From Pavona decussata (lineage: Eukaryota), in NCBI GenBank assembly GCA_977016875.1, contig CDRNST010000214.1:3162001-3226000 (forward strand): a stretch of 64,000 bases of DNA. Direction: 5' to 3'. The translations under genes were made by a program, and so were the position numbers. The first letter of the stretch is position 1, and every line of letters begins with the position of its first letter. A model generated the notes under the pieces. That model made no database searches, was not told the origin of the DNA, and saw only the letters and a program-made list of their open reading frames with translations. Shown piece by piece: positions 13,201 to 26,310 of the stretch.

Positions 13201-16200
13201 TCCCCAGCACTGTATGCTGCCGGCTATTCCGGAGAATGTTAAACTTGGTGCAAATGGGACCAAGAACAGTAATAAGGAATCAGACTCGGAGAAGAGTGTG
13301 AAAATTGAAGACATGAGGGTTGTTGATATGAGAAGAGCTCTGAAAGAACGTGGGCTTCCAGTGTTTGGTTCTAAAACTGATTTAATTAAGAGACTAAAGG
13401 ATTGTGGAGGCCTTCCTTCTACTGAGTCGAGCACCAGTAGCGCAGCAAACTCTGTTGTGGCCTCTACACAGGGACAGATAACAACATCAGCACCAAGTTT
13501 TTCCCAACCTCCATCTCTTTCACCAAATACAGTCCATTCTTCATTACAACGATCAAATTCAGTACCTTCACAGAATATAAATTTGAACACTGTGCAACAG
13601 CTGCAGATGCAGATATTGGCAAATAACCAGAGTCTACAACAGCTCAGTGTTCCACCTGAGGTCCAGCAGCAACTGCAGCAGCTGCAATATCTGAATCTAC
13701 AGCTGCAGCTTCAACATTTGAACATCCAGCAACAACAGAATATACAACCAAAGCCTAAGGAGATACCAGTTACTAGTCAAACCACTACAGTGAAAAAAGA
13801 GACTCTAACTGACAAGAACTGTTCCTTTCAAGGCAGATCAGTTGATCAGTGCCAAACCGCAGATAAGAAGCCAGGTTCATTTGGTTTGCAGCAGCAAAGT
13901 CCGTGCATGCAGATGTTGCCAGGCAACCTCAATCTGCAGCAGCCAATGCAATCACAGGTGCAAGTGCAGCTACAACAAGTAGACAGTACTGATCAGGCTT
14001 TGGCGCATTTGCATGAACAGGCTCAGTCACTGGACAGTATAGACTCTAACCCAGGCAGTGTCGACAGTCAGATTCTGTCATGGGATCAACAGCACCCGTT
14101 GTTTGATGGAGAGAGTGAGTCATATCCATCACCAGGTTCACAGCGCTCAGACTTGTCAAGTTTATCCCCATTGCAAGTTGACCAACTTTCTCACAGCATG
14201 GATGCAATACCGAACACTAATCTCTTTCAAGGAAATACCAAGCCAGATAATCCTCATATGCAGAGGTCTTACTCTGAGAGGTCTCCAGAAGCCCCAGATG
14301 ATTACTTCTTGCTACTTCCCCAAACAAAACCCAGGTCACTGTCTGAGCCGCAGTTCCCTGTTTCAACGCATAAGCGTTCCTCTTCATTTCCATCAATCCC
14401 TTTTGCCACTCCCCCACCCAGCTATGAGGCCCATATGGCTTTCCACTCACAAAAGCAGCAACATCAGCAGCATCGGAACATTGGACTGGGGGGACCTATA
14501 GTTGGTGGTTTCCCTGTGACAAATGACGTCAGTCCCAAGCCTGATGATTTGGATTTGCCACTGGATTCTGTTATCCAAGACAAGGAACTGAGTCAAGAAT
14601 TACAAAAGGTTTGCTTATCTGTCTGCTAAATACTTAACTTGAACTGTGAAATTCCTACTTGTGAAATGGCATAAACACTTCTGAAATAAGCACAAAAAGT
14701 ACTTTCGTACTTGTTTTGACCACATAAATTTCTTATGTTTTTGGTTGTGCATACTGTACTTGTGAAAACCAGGCTTTAGATTTGACAATTCTGTTGACAC
14801 GTAATTGTCTTTCACTAGGAAAGATAAGGATAAATAAGTGACATATAAAATTCTGTGATTCCGTTTTCCTTCAGTGACTTTCATTATCTTAACCAAGGCT
14901 TAGCTTAACACATTCACATCTAGTTGGTGTAAATTGGATATAAGATGTCACCATAACAAGATGCAAAATTAAGGCTTGAAATACACCAGTCTTACCAACC
15001 TTGCAGGCAAAAGTCCTAACCACTGCACCACTGCCTGTTAGCAAGTTTATGCTCCTAATAATTATTATATTCCAAAGTATTCCATGATTAAATAAAATCT
15101 GTTTCCCAACTTTTTAGTATTATTGTTTGATTTGAATGTTTTTTTTCTGTAGGCCATGATGAAGAATTTTGGTTCCCTTAATCATGATGACATACTTGAA
15201 CTTCTTGGAGGTAAGCGCACATTTCTTTTCTGGTTACACTAATAATAATATTTGGATTTCAACCTTTTGTCATGTTTGCATTCAAGCTAATGCACCTTTC
15301 TGTGGTGCCATTCATTACACTGACAAGGTGGTCCTACCTACAGTCAACTCCCTTTATAATTATTGCGGACACCCTTGGGACCTTGAGTTAGTGTCCTTAA
15401 CCCTTTAACCCCTAACATCAAAACACAAATTCTCCTATGTTGTCTCATAATTTTCTTATAAAAGTACTGGAGAGAAGATATTAAAATATCAAGAAAATTT
15501 ACCTTGGGTGATCATATCCTTTATTCTCATGACCTCAGTAGTTGAGTAAGCATTGATATTACAAGGAGAAATTTGATGCTGATCACTTTTAGGGCTTTAA
15601 GGGTTAATAGCGAGAGTCCTTCATGGCGGGAATTTATTTCAGTCAGACGTCTGTGATTTAGTTTTACCAGGGATTAAGTTGGTGTCCGTATCATCAGGGT
15701 GTCCGTAATAGTGAGTTGTCCGCAAGGCAAGGGTTGACTGTACTGGATTTGTAGATGAAATTCAAAAGCGTGATTGTAATAATGAAAGCTGGCTTATGGC
15801 TCTACCTTATGGAGGTACTCACACCTTTTTCCTATTATTTCTTTTTCAGAGCCTCGTGGTCAGTTACCAACAACTAGCATAACAACTTCATTTGCTGGAA
15901 TAATGTCACCCTCCCAATCCTCACCAGGAACCCGCTTGACTCCAACAATGAGCAAGTCACCGAGCTATGGAACATACCTTGGCCAACGCATTATGCCAAG
16001 CCACAACTCTCCCGGAAGGATGTCAAAAAGTTGCGAGGATGTGAGTCACTTGCCTGTCGGCAACAGGGTGGATAACAATGCAATGCCTGAAATTGATCAT
16101 TATCTCATGAGCCCGTTGTCCCCTATGAAAATTGACTCCTGTGATGTGGATGATCATTCAAGCTTACTGTGTCACTCTTCTAATTCCATACCTATTCCGT

Positions 16201-16457
16201 CATCAAATGGCATTGTTGGAAGGACTGATAATCTGGGATGGCTTGACTTGAGTGTGTCACCAAGTTCACACAATATGTCACATAGTAATGTTGAAATGCA
16301 TAACAACAACCACAAAGGGACGCCACCCCAGAATTTGTACGACCCTGCTTCAACTTTCAAAGATGAACATTTTCCATTGTCGTTATTTGACTTAGAAACG
16401 CCTACTGCGCTTCATCCACCCAGTGACTTTGGAGAAACAATGGATTACTGTGTTTAG
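7271..16457 (+). CDS. MRTF: Myocardin-related transcription factor (MRTF/MKL/myocardin family), 7 exons, ~984 aa with exon 1a
   Basis: Phase-consistent GT-AG exons: 7271-7295 (MAVEKGQK), 8628-8693 (LERKLSQRGPRKELVSRGIMP, RPEL1), 8767-8822 (AAPAILSQRTKLERAQ), 8943-9018 (TGDYLQKKIRARPTRCQLVQRAILK, RPEL2), 12543-14608, 15153-15210, 15850-16457 (GWLDL-containing C-terminus). The large exon carries RPEL3 RPGPLELVKQNIL, basic KPKVKKYKYHEYRPP, Q-rich LLLQQQQLYLQLQ, SAP domain MRVVDMRRALKERGLPVFGSKTDLIKRL and PPPSY. Total 2955 nt, in frame. Confidence 0.93.
8356..8455 (+). CDS. MRTF: MRTF candidate alternative first coding exon (1b)
   Basis: aacATG at 8356 follows in-frame stops; MSWNIQRPEAVRGMAASEHQPSMSHEQLVSNRD then G|gtgag phase-1 donor, compatible with the 8628 acceptor. 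Confidence 0.65.
10390..10623 (-). mobile_element. tRNA-containing repeat, copy A
   Basis: Reverse-complement match to 39597-39833, including the tRNA-like core. Confidence 0.8.
11445..11781 (-). mobile_element. tRNA-containing repeat, copy B, with an inverted 3'-end duplication
   Basis: Minus-strand unit 11445-~11712 (tRNA-like core 11451-11523: TAGCTCAGTGGTAGAGC, CTAGTAA loop, GGTTCGACTCC) followed by a plus-strand copy of the tail at 11716-11781. Confidence 0.82.
11851..12102 (-). mobile_element. Penelope-like element terminus (pseudo-LTR) with an inverted partial copy
   Basis: Minus-strand 11851-12003 and plus-strand 12018-12102 share gtcagcact...ggccaaattacc...aactct.ttgataaa; contains a hammerhead core. 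Confidence 0.7.
11968..12000 (-). ncRNA. Minimal hammerhead ribozyme-like motif
   Basis: Minus strand reads CTCTGACGA-AAGGCTAAAGCAT-GAAACGTCAGC: CUGANGA and GAAA cores with a palindromic ACGT stem III; stem II is imperfect. Confidence 0.6.
12165..12458 (+). repeat. Interspersed repeat family, copy 1 of 3
   Basis: ttttagacc.gataaaac...aacattcctggaaa...attattaatgagtttttgaag shared with 34345-34635 and 34900-35169. Confidence 0.8.
15341..15740. mobile_element. Tc1/pogo-type MITE containing a nested insertion
   Basis: TA|CAGTCAAC...GTTGACTG|TA termini. Confidence 0.8.
15401..15603. mobile_element. piggyBac-type MITE nested in the pogo-type MITE
   Basis: TTAA|CCCTT...AAGGG|TTAA; same family in the opposite orientation at 19997-20202. 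Confidence 0.8.
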
Positions 16458-19400
16458 GTTGTAGTATTTGATTGGCACTGACTTATGTACAGTTAGTAGT
16501 TATTAATAATAGATATTTTATTAATAATTATTAATTAGTTAATAATTAATTAATTTGATAATGACTTAGTTACAAACCAATGTTTGCAAGTTTCAGTCAT
16601 GTCAATATTGTACAGAAAAAAAAGTAACAAGACAAAATACTTTAGAGCCCTCTAAGGGCCTCAGCTATTAAACTAAACAAATTTAGCATTTACAATAATA
16701 TTGTGACTGACTTCTTTTTCATGATACTCTAACAAAAACGTACATTCTAAGGACTGTAGTCACCCTAAACTTGGTACATAAGTACTAGCAGTCAACATCC
16801 TTCCATTTTCTTGCTAAAATTATTAGTCTACATTTCATGTTGCCGTTGGAATTGAAGGATTACGACAAAAGTAATTTAGTTTTACATGTTGTTGTTTTTT
16901 TTATTTCCAGGTTTTGTAATTTTGTAAGTTGTCATTTTGTACGTAAATTTTGTTCTAAACAAATTTACTCTCCTTCGCTTTCATTTACCATCTCAGCGAC
17001 TAAATCTATTGCAGGGCTAGTTCTGTTCATTCATGCTATTTATGTTAGATGACCTGTGTTGAAATTAGCAGTGGCTTTGCCATTGTCTTGTGTGTAGGGG
17101 TAATAATTAGAGGTCTTAGAGGTCATTTTGACTATAATGAAATACCACAGCAATGCTATTGTAATGTTAGTGATACCATTTTGATACCGAGTAGCCATAG
17201 TGCTGGAATTTTTTGTTTTACTTAATGTCCGAAGGTGTACTGTTCTATAGATCAACTACCTGCCACCTTTTTGAATGTAGAAAAGGATCTGGCAACAGGA
17301 CTAGCTACTATTAACAAACAAACACAGCGGCAAACTGTTATTAAACTTTTGCTGCTCATGGTGTCAAATAATGAACAACACTGATGATGAGCAGTGGATA
17401 GGGGCTTATTTTTCAATCTAGGAAAAATAACTGCTAGCTATAGAAAATTTGATAACTATTGAACCTACAGATAGTTGACAAAACTGTTGCAGTAGTTATC
17501 CACATTTGAATTTGTGATCGATGCATTGCTACTGGAACCCTCAATATTATTGTGATAGGTTGACATTGTAAATTTGTTACACTCCAGCATTTTGTGACGA
17601 CCTTTTTGTTGTTTTGTGGAATAAAATGTTAATTTAAGATTTAATCTTTGTGCCCTACCACTAATACCTGGTATCTGTATGTCAGTTATGAAAATCACAA
17701 CCTTAAATTGTAATACTCTTAACACCTAACATAAATGCATAATGCCCTAAAGTTGTTTAGCTTCAAGATTACACTGCAAAACTAATATTGTTCTTTGTCA
17801 AAAATGAATGACATTTTACAAAAGGGCTAAACTATTGCATTAGATAAGAACCTATTATGTTTCAAAAGTTATAGTACGGCTGCAGTCACTCACGTTCTTA
17901 GTTTAGGGACCAGAATTAGTAACACCAATTTGAAACTCTGTTATTTTGGAAACAAAATTTTAAATAAGCGTCTGTTCCACTTATCTCTCCTCCCCTTTCA
18001 CTTATGTTGCAAAATGGCCACCACTTTAAATTTTTTTTTTAGTCAGCCAGACCAACCTCATTTTGAGAGTAAAAACTCTTTAATTGCCTCATCAACAACA
18101 AATGCCAGAGCTGGTTGAAATTTATGCGAGAGTTTTAACAGGCATTTTTCACAAGCTTTATTGGATTTCTTGTCTTTAGTTGCCAAGTCAGATTATTTAA
18201 CTCATTTCTTTTGCACAATGTGAGTTGTCAGAATCTCTGCTTTTTAACAAGCTTTATGGTAAACATTTTCTGTGTTTGTGTCTTGATAGAACTGTAAGAT
18301 CTATTTTAAAATAGTATTAACCACCATTCATTCTTGCACACAATTCACACATGGCTTGTTTTCTAGTAACTAGATACTACACTTACCTTAGAGCACTTTC
18401 CATTTGTCAAAACTGGCTGGCCAAACCGGTCAATTTGCAGATGAAATTCTCCAATTTGAAGGCTTGGTTATATGCCAGCTCTTCAGATTTCTTCCAAAAT
18501 GGCAATTACATTTCTCAGATTATGTAATTTGGAAGAAGTTGTAGATCCCGACCCTTTGGTCCTTTATAAATTGCAAAGTGAACCAAACCTTTATTTCACA
18601 TTTTTCCTCAAACACACAGAGGTTTTCTCCTGCAGATTAACCAAGTTAGAAGTATGTTGCCAATCAAATCTGTTGTCTGTCGAGCTCAGTAGTCACTAGC
18701 TTGCCAGCATCAGCAACCACTTCCAGTGTTCTGACTCTTAGTGGTAGACTGCAAGCAGTCTCTCTTTTGCTCTAAAATCCAGGTGAAGTACGCAAAAAAC
18801 TGAGCGAAAATGATATTCGAGGGGCGAGCGGCAAAGCCTTGAGCTGTGAGTAGCACCAGAACCGGAAGGCTACTCATGGCTCATGGTTTCACTGCTTCTG
18901 CATGAGACTTGCATATCATGCTCGTTCAGGTCCTCACTCAGTTTTTTGCATTCCTACCTGCAGATTTTTTATCAAGAGAGACAGCTTGCAGTTTACTTGT
19001 TGGTAACAAAAACAAGATCAATCTAAAAAACTGGGGGTGGTAGCAGACAACTAGCTGACTTGAGCATCAAATGATTTTGTTTGGGCGTCCAGGCTGCTGA
19101 TTTTTGTGTTCCTTGAATTTTTCTCAAGCAACAGTCTGTAGTAAAAGTAGTAGCCAGGTTTTCCTTTTTTTGCAAGTTCTGACATGTTTGGAAAATCAAA
19201 GTTTGATGAGTACAGTTATAAGATTAACCTGTGTGTCAAACTTAGTAATGATCTAATTGTGTTGTCCAGTTGAAATCTTAAAACAGCCTTACAATTCTCT
19301 TTTGTTGTACCCATTTCCCATTTTTGATAAAAAAGGTAACATTCAATGTTAATATTTTGTTGCATAAACAAACTTTTACTGTTCAACATGTATGCAGTTG

Positions 19401-19996
19401 GAATGTTATTAGAAAATGTAGCTTCTTTTGTCAGGTGTCACAGTAATAATTAAAGAGAAAGTCTCAGTGTAGTTCACTTGAGCAGTAACAAGTAAACTGA
19501 AGTTTCTCTGTCAGTAACTGAATTTGTTGTATGATGGCATTGAAACTAAGATTGGTGTGTTGAGACTGCTACTTGATAACATCCGTGTTCATGACAAAAT
19601 TCTTTTCTTAATGTACTTATCCAGCCAACACAGTCACCTCACATTGCTATCAGCTACTTGAGGTGTTATCCTGAATGACCAAAGAGGCCCCATTAGGAGG
19701 GGGTGGGGGAGGTGCGGGGGGGGGGGGGGGGTTGGTGGGAGAGTGGCTTTAAGCCTCTTAACTTGCCCCTTAACCACTCCCTGCTCAAAGAATATGCTCT
19801 ATTAATTCTTGTCATGGCCTCACTGACATTCAAGAAAAGTTACAACTGTTCTCAACCGATACCATTTGAAACCCTTTCATGGAGACAATGTAAATGAATC
19901 CAGGCTTTGCCTCAACAATGAGAAGGTTTTCATTGACTTACTGACCCTATGATCTAGTTTTCTGTTTACAGCATCCTTAACTGAAGTTCAGTTTGA

Positions 19997-20202
19997 CCCT
20001 TTAAGCCCTAACAGTGATCAGCATCAAATTTCTCCTTGTAATATCAAATGCATGTTCAACCCCTGAGGTCATGAGAATTAAGGATATGATCACCCAAGGT
20101 GAATTTTCTTGGTATTTTAATAACTTCTCCCCAGTACTTTTATAAGAAAACTATGAGGAAAAGATAGGAGAATTTGTTCTTTGATATTAGGGGTTTAAAG
20201 GT
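19997..20202. mobile_element. piggyBac-type MITE, second copy
   Basis: Reverse-complement match to 15401-15603 with decayed TTAA ends. Confidence 0.75.
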
Positions 20203-20641
20203 TTAATTGATTATTATTTGGCAAATTTGAACCAAGAATTACCATATGCCATTAACTAAAAATAGCATTTTGAAAAATCCCCCATTGGTTTGGTAAGTTG
20301 TCATTCTGAGAGAACCAGTAGGAGCAAGGAGAAAAGTGGAAATAGGGGGAAAAATCGCCAGTTTCCACTTTATCTTCACCCTGGCTATCTGTCTCACCGA
20401 GGGTGGGTGAGTTATTAAAGAGGATTTAAGAAATGGACCCCCTGCTCCATACTAAAAGACAGTGAATCAACAGTCCTTTCATGCTGGGATTAGCCATCCA
20501 GAAATATCTTTTTGTTTACCCCCATGTTGGATCATGAAAGTGATATTGGGAGCTGCTAATGAATGAATGGTAACCCATGTTTCATACTGACCAGAGGATT
20601 TCAGACAAAAAAAGAAAAGTTTTGTAAATCGTTATGTTTTT

Positions 20642-21021
20642 GGTCCGGTTCAGATGCTGTACTTCACATGAGCCGAATTGAATTCAACAATTTAAGTTCA
20701 TGTGAAGTGCAGCGTCTGAATCAATTCAGAACAGCCAATCTAATTACGGATTGGCTCAGCTGTTTTTCCCACCTGGCTCAGCCAGGAATAACGGCTGTGG
20801 ACCGGCTTTGATTCAGACGCCATATTTCACAAGAGCCGAATCAAATGCATAAATTATTACAAAGCTGCAATTTTCTTCAGTCGTAATATGCTTCAGTGTA
20901 TTAATTTCGGCTGGATTAAGTTCGGCGTCTGAATCAATTCAGCCGGGATTAATAATTTGGGTCGGTCTAAATAATTAGAATCCAATTCGGCTCATGTGAA
21001 GTACAGCGTCTGAACTGGGCC
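20642..21021. mobile_element. PIF/Harbinger-type MITE
   Basis: ~40-bp TIRs ggtccggttcagatgctgtacttcacatgagccgaattg / caattcggctcatgtgaagtacagcgtctgaactgggcc, with internal reiterations. Confidence 0.8.
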
Positions 21022-21429
21022 TTAAACTTTTTTAATTCCAAGAAAGACTTGAATATAAACTAAGGAAATGCCAGAATTTTGAATTCAACATTGGCTATTT
21101 ATTAACCAACTCGAACCATTTACTGTTTTTCAATAACACACAAGAGTATGAATATGCCATGAAATTGGTACGGTAGAAAACTGATTTGGAGGTAAAATTA
21201 ATAGCTAACTAACTCGTGTGCCCTCATTCCATTTCAGTTTTTCACCATAGTTTTCTTTGCTTTTTACCAGAAAAGGTTTGGATTACAAACCTTTTATAAG
21301 AAGGGTTGGTGTGTAGTATCTCTGTTTATTTTACTCAGTTTGTCTTTTGATTTGTACAACACAACTCGTTAAAACATACAGTGACACTTGTGCTGACAGA
21401 AACAGCTATTATTTGAAATCAGATCGTTG

Positions 21430-21962
21430 TATAATGCAATTCCAGTGATTTGATTGGCTTAGTGGCCGTGGTATATGAGCCATTATACCATACCCAAGAA
21501 GTAGAAACAATTAAATTGTCTTCTGGTAGTTCTTGCAAAATAAATTCAGCAAGATCTAGCAATATTTCTTAATAAAAGCAATTATTCCACTCACACTTGT
21601 TGGATTCGAAATGAATATAGCCAACTCAGTGCTACATTCCTTGTTGGCTATCTATCATTTCATATTCAATGTGCTTGTGGACTAATTGTTAATTATTAAA
21701 ACGTGATCAGTAGATAATGCAATTCCAGGGATTTGATTGGCTTACTGGCCTTGGTATATCAGACATTATACCATGCTGGAGAAATAGCGACCATTAAATT
21801 GTTTTCTATTGTTCTTGCATTTAGCGAAATCAGCAAGATCTAGCAATATTTCTTGGTTGTTTTTAATAAGCCAATATTAGATGATTATAGCCAACTCGGC
21901 GCTATGTGTCTTGTTGGCTTTCTATCATCTCATATCCATTGCATGCTCATGGAATAATTGTT
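21430..21962 (+). repeat. Two tandem copies of a ~280-bp interspersed repeat
   Basis: ataatgcaattccag.gatttgattggctta...gcaagatctagcaatatttctt...tatagccaactc...taattgttaa occurs twice. Confidence 0.75.
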
Positions 21963-21980
21963 AAATGTATTCATGGTATG

Positions 21981-22701
21981 GGTATCCGGTCACCTCGCCA
22001 CCAGGGAGTCTCGCCACCAACCAACTCGCCGCCACGAAACCACCTCGCCACCAACCAACTCAATTAAGAAGGCTTGAGTTTATTTTTTGGATTTTGGCCT
22101 AATTGGAGTTAATTAGCTTCCATTTTGTCCATAAATCTTGTGTTATTTGAGCAGAACACATTGCAAAAGTTCGTCGATTTTCTCAGAGTGAAGCTTTTCG
22201 AGTCCGAGCTTGAAAGTTGGCATGGTGAATGTTTAATAACTATATGTTAAGGCTGTAAAGTAAAATTATCAAAAACTGAGGTACCAGGAACACTTTTGTG
22301 CTGTTAAATATTACCTATATTTCGCCGCTATTTTTAGTGCTCTTCAACGTTTGTGTTAGGTTTGACTTCAACTGAAGTTATTTTAGCAGTGCTTCGTTTG
22401 TGCACCTTATTTTGAACCTTCAGTTGGCCGAAAAACTGCACTTTGACCGCATTTTCAAATTTTTGCCAATCTCTAAAAATTAAAACGTCGCTGGAAGTTT
22501 TAAATATGATTTTTGAAAACAGTTCACCTAAGGGTATTTTTGGACCGAATATGAGCGATTCGCCAAATTGGTCATTGACAGCGAATTCTCGATCCTTACA
22601 GGCAGCCGCTCTTAAGTGGTTCGTTGGTGGCGAGTTGGCTGGTGGCGAGGTGGCGAGTTGGTTGGTGGCGAGACTCCCTGGTGGCGAGGTGACCATAATT
22701 C
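21981..22701. mobile_element. Non-autonomous MULE-type element with repetitive TIRs
   Basis: TIRs built of ctcgccacca units at both ends; flanking duplication atggtatg (21973-21980 / 22702-22709); termini GGTATCC and GAAT as in the 28557 element. Confidence 0.85.
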
Positions 22702-25404
22702 ATGGTATGTGTAGTGCCCCTCAAAAATATGGCCACCCACAAAACACCATGTCTGTTTTCATAGCTAAACACTATGCAGTAAAATGTTGAAAGTGTAACA
22801 CATATACACTATATGATGGCAAAGTATATAATAATTTCAGGCCAGGAAGAATAAGAAGTACGTCTGAATCTCACAACAGCAAAAAAAAAAGAAAAGAAAA
22901 AAAAAAAAACTGGATGAAGTTTGAGACTCTTCACAATATCACCAAAATTGACCATTTCAAGCCCCCCCCCCACCCGTCCCTTCAAAAAAACCCCACACTA
23001 CTCTCCATCATTTTCAACTGGAGCACCATCCCCTCCCTCTACCCAAGAAGTCACTTATAGGCAAATTTTACTGGCTGTAGACGATGGCTCCCTAAAACTA
23101 GCAGTTTCAATAGCACAAACTTGGCAACCATGAGGCACTTATGTCCAAAGGAAACCTCTTCCAATTCATGATTATTTAAAAATTTATGACAACCCATCAA
23201 CACCTTTGCACCCCTGATGGGAACAAATTACCAAGAACAATATGATAATAAAAATAAATTTTATTTGTGAAAGCCTAGGTGATGGTGATATGTAAATCAG
23301 CTTAAAATTCTTTGAAGTCCACCCATGGCAATCAAACTAAATTAAACACCTGTTTTTTTAGTTCTAATAACCAAGAGAAAATTCAATAACAAAAATTTAA
23401 CATGCTGTGAGAAATAATGGCAACGCTTTTTTGAGTTTAGTAAGTATTGGCAATCCAAAATGATTTCTGTAAGTCCAAAAATTGATGACAAAAATTTTTT
23501 TTAGGTGTATATGGGTACATACATGTACTAAGGTTATGGAAGACCCGCCAAAGGTACAGCTGGGTGAACACTAATCTGAATATTTAATCAGCTCTTGTTC
23601 CCAAGTTGTCTGAATCAGTCACTGTTGGCAAACAACAGCAGTAAACATATTATTGTACTGCACACCACACTGAAGAGCTATACTGACAGAGCAGTCCATA
23701 AAATCTATGGTTTGGCAATTTGCTTACCTTTTTTGACATGTTTGGGGTTCACCCATCTAGTATCACTAGCATTTGAATCACTGTCAAGACTGGAGTTGTT
23801 GCCATGAGATTTTTTGTTTTTGTGCTTTGTCTAGAGTAAAAACCTACCATTACAGACATTTTATTTGTTTTTTTGACAATACAAAGTGGAAAGCAGCAGA
23901 TAAATCTTTAAGGCAACACTTTCTGAAGGAACTGAATAATTTCCACATCCAAAAACTCCAGTAAATCTGAGCCAAACCAATAGCAAGCTACTGATCAAAC
24001 TGTACAAGGTTGTCGAGATAGCCCTTGTAAATTAAAGATCCTAAAACATTCTAAAGGGCGAAGTACAGCTTGCTAAAATTTCATCACTGGACACCCTTGA
24101 TATCATAATTATAATGTCACATGTAGTTGTGACATGTAAACAGGGCCTTATACAACACCAGCCATCTTGAAAAAGATCTGTTTTCTTTTTATGTACCATT
24201 GTACAGAAGTTACCGTGGGTTATCTAAACTCCGTTAATGTTTGGAACAGTGGGAGTCTACTGTTAACCATTGTGAGTACATTAGAAGTTTTGTGACATAT
24301 GTAAATTACAAAAATCCTGAGGAAAATGAAATTAGGAGATAAACTTTTCACATTTTCGTGAATTCATGAACATGCTGCAGACAGTTATGTCTGGTTGACG
24401 TAAATGTATCAGACGCTAATAAGAAACAAAATAACAATTTCAATTTTAATTTCCAATATAAAAGTGCTTCCCTGATGGGTAAGTTAATTTACCATTGAAG
24501 TTCAATTTTTTTTAAGTTCTTTTCACCTGAACTTGGTATATTTAAATTCTCTACTTCAGCCGTGTTTTTGTTGCTGGACAAGACAGTCTCTCCTAGTAGG
24601 TGATTTTCTTTCCAAATTCCTATCACCTGTCATCTGATGACACCGCAGAAAAATTGTAAGGAGAAATAGTGTTTTAATCACTTACAATTTATTACGAACA
24701 CGCCATTGTCATTTTAAATGTCCTGTAATTATTACTGGCGAGAGGGCAGCTGTTTCATACAAAAATTTCTATCTCTTATATCTTTTCCTCATTTTACATT
24801 TTTTGGGAAAGTGAAATGATATCTCGCGACTGCGAAACGGTTAAAAAGCATCTAGTTGAAATGACACAAAATAATTCCTAATTACTTTAAAAAATAATAA
24901 ATTATTTTTTTAAGCTATCGTCCCAAAACCTTTCCAATGGTTTTGCAAACTTACCCATTAGAACCAGCTTGGTACGTCTTAGATTAGACGGCGTTTAATC
25001 AATAAAAAGAGTCGTTTGGGGACGAAAATGAAATTGTGACGACTGAAATCGAGTCCCTCGAAGCTGCGTCCAAAATAAACCTCAAGACAAATGTCAACAA
25101 AGTTTCCGCGTTCACCGATCGTGAAGGTGTGGATCACTTGAGTTGTTTATTGCGTTTATTGCTGTCGAACGCAAGTAATAAACTTCATGACGTTTTGGCC
25201 AAATAAATTCTCGCGGTTCTAGCATCACGGCAAAACAACACATTAACTGCCTCTGGAACAAAAACAGCTTTTCTTCAATTCTTCTATATGTGGTGGTGAT
25301 CTTTTTCGTCATGTCGTGCAGGAAAGAAGATCTTGATCACGAACGAGCTATCACACTACACAGGATTACAAATGATCGACGAAATTAGAGACTACAAGGA
25401 AAAT

Positions 25405-26310
25405 CTAGAAAGAGTATGAACTCTCCTCTTTGATGATCCCGTTTTCCTGTTTTTCTTCATGTAATGCAGAGTCAGTTTTTGCCTTCTGTTTAGCCATCTC
25501 TCTTTCCGATTCTACAAAATCGTCAAAGAGACTAGGCCAAGCTTCGGAGTCGTCGTAGTTCTCGAAATCAGGCTCGATAGCCTCGGTGAAATTTAAAAAC
25601 ATGTACCATGTGTCTCGTGAAATCCCCCGTAGTTGTCTGTTTTCCAAATAAGCAAACCACCGATCTAGGACAGCTGGTACGTTCTTTGAGAAAACTAGTT
25701 TCCATAGAGGAAGCGCGATGTTCTTCGGCAAGGCACGCTGGCCTTCTTCGACGTCAAGTCCAAACTTGAACGTGAAGCGATACAAATCCTTGAATTTCTC
25801 GAGATCGTTCGTTACTTCTGCTTCCAATTCAGGGAATCTATTTTGCAGGCTTCTTATGGAGTCTACTTTGAGGGCTTTGAAGCCATCGACAAACTCTGTT
25901 CTTGTAAATCGACACATTTGTGAGGCATTGAACTTCCAGGCCAGAACAAGTACGATAAATTCTGTCGGGTCTACCCCCAAGTCTTGACAAAACTTCTCCA
26001 TACCATCGGCAAGAATGGCATCTTCAGTATCGTCTTTATATTTAGCAAATAAAGCGTTGATCTTTGTAACATCAACCTCTTGCTTTGAATAAGACAACGT
26101 TCTCATAACATCGTGTGAACTGTTTTTCCCAGCCACGACGCCTTTGTCAGCCGCCTTAATCTTGTACGGTTCGTTCATTATGCTGTCGTGTGGTGGATAC
26201 GAGTGATTAAACGGGCTGCTAGTAACAGTGTTTGTGGTTTGCTGCGAAGGCTTTCGATGAGCTGTATCACTAGTTGAGTCGGCCACACAAACTGAACAAC
26301 ACTTACCCAT
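25405..26310 (-). CDS. DCUN1D3: DCN1-like protein 3 (PONY/cullin-binding domain), intronless, 301 aa
   Basis: N-terminal MGKCC lipidation-type motif and no UBA domain; ILADGMEKFCQDLGVDP, LVLAWKFNASQMCRFTR, FKDLYRFTFKFGLD, ISRDTWYMFLNF and YDDSEAWPSLFDDFVE are typical DCNL3 motifs. Confidence 0.93.
   Translation of the reverse strand: MGKCCSVCVADSTSDTAHRKPSQQTTNTVTSSPFNHSYPPHDSIMNEPYKIKAADKGVVAGKNSSHDVMRTLSYSKQEVDVTKINALFAKYKDDTEDAILADGMEKFCQDLGVDPTEFIVLVLAWKFNASQMCRFTRTEFVDGFKALKVDSIRSLQNRFPELEAEVTNDLEKFKDLYRFTFKFGLDVEEGQRALPKNIALPLWKLVFSKNVPAVLDRWFAYLENRQLRGISRDTWYMFLNFTEAIEPDFENYDDSEAWPSLFDDFVESEREMAKQKAKTDSALHEEKQENGIIKEESSYSF

Noticed and set aside
19697-19740. G-quadruplex-like G run (also C runs near 22962 and 40700)
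   Set aside because: Homopolymer tracts of uncertain length with no functional context.
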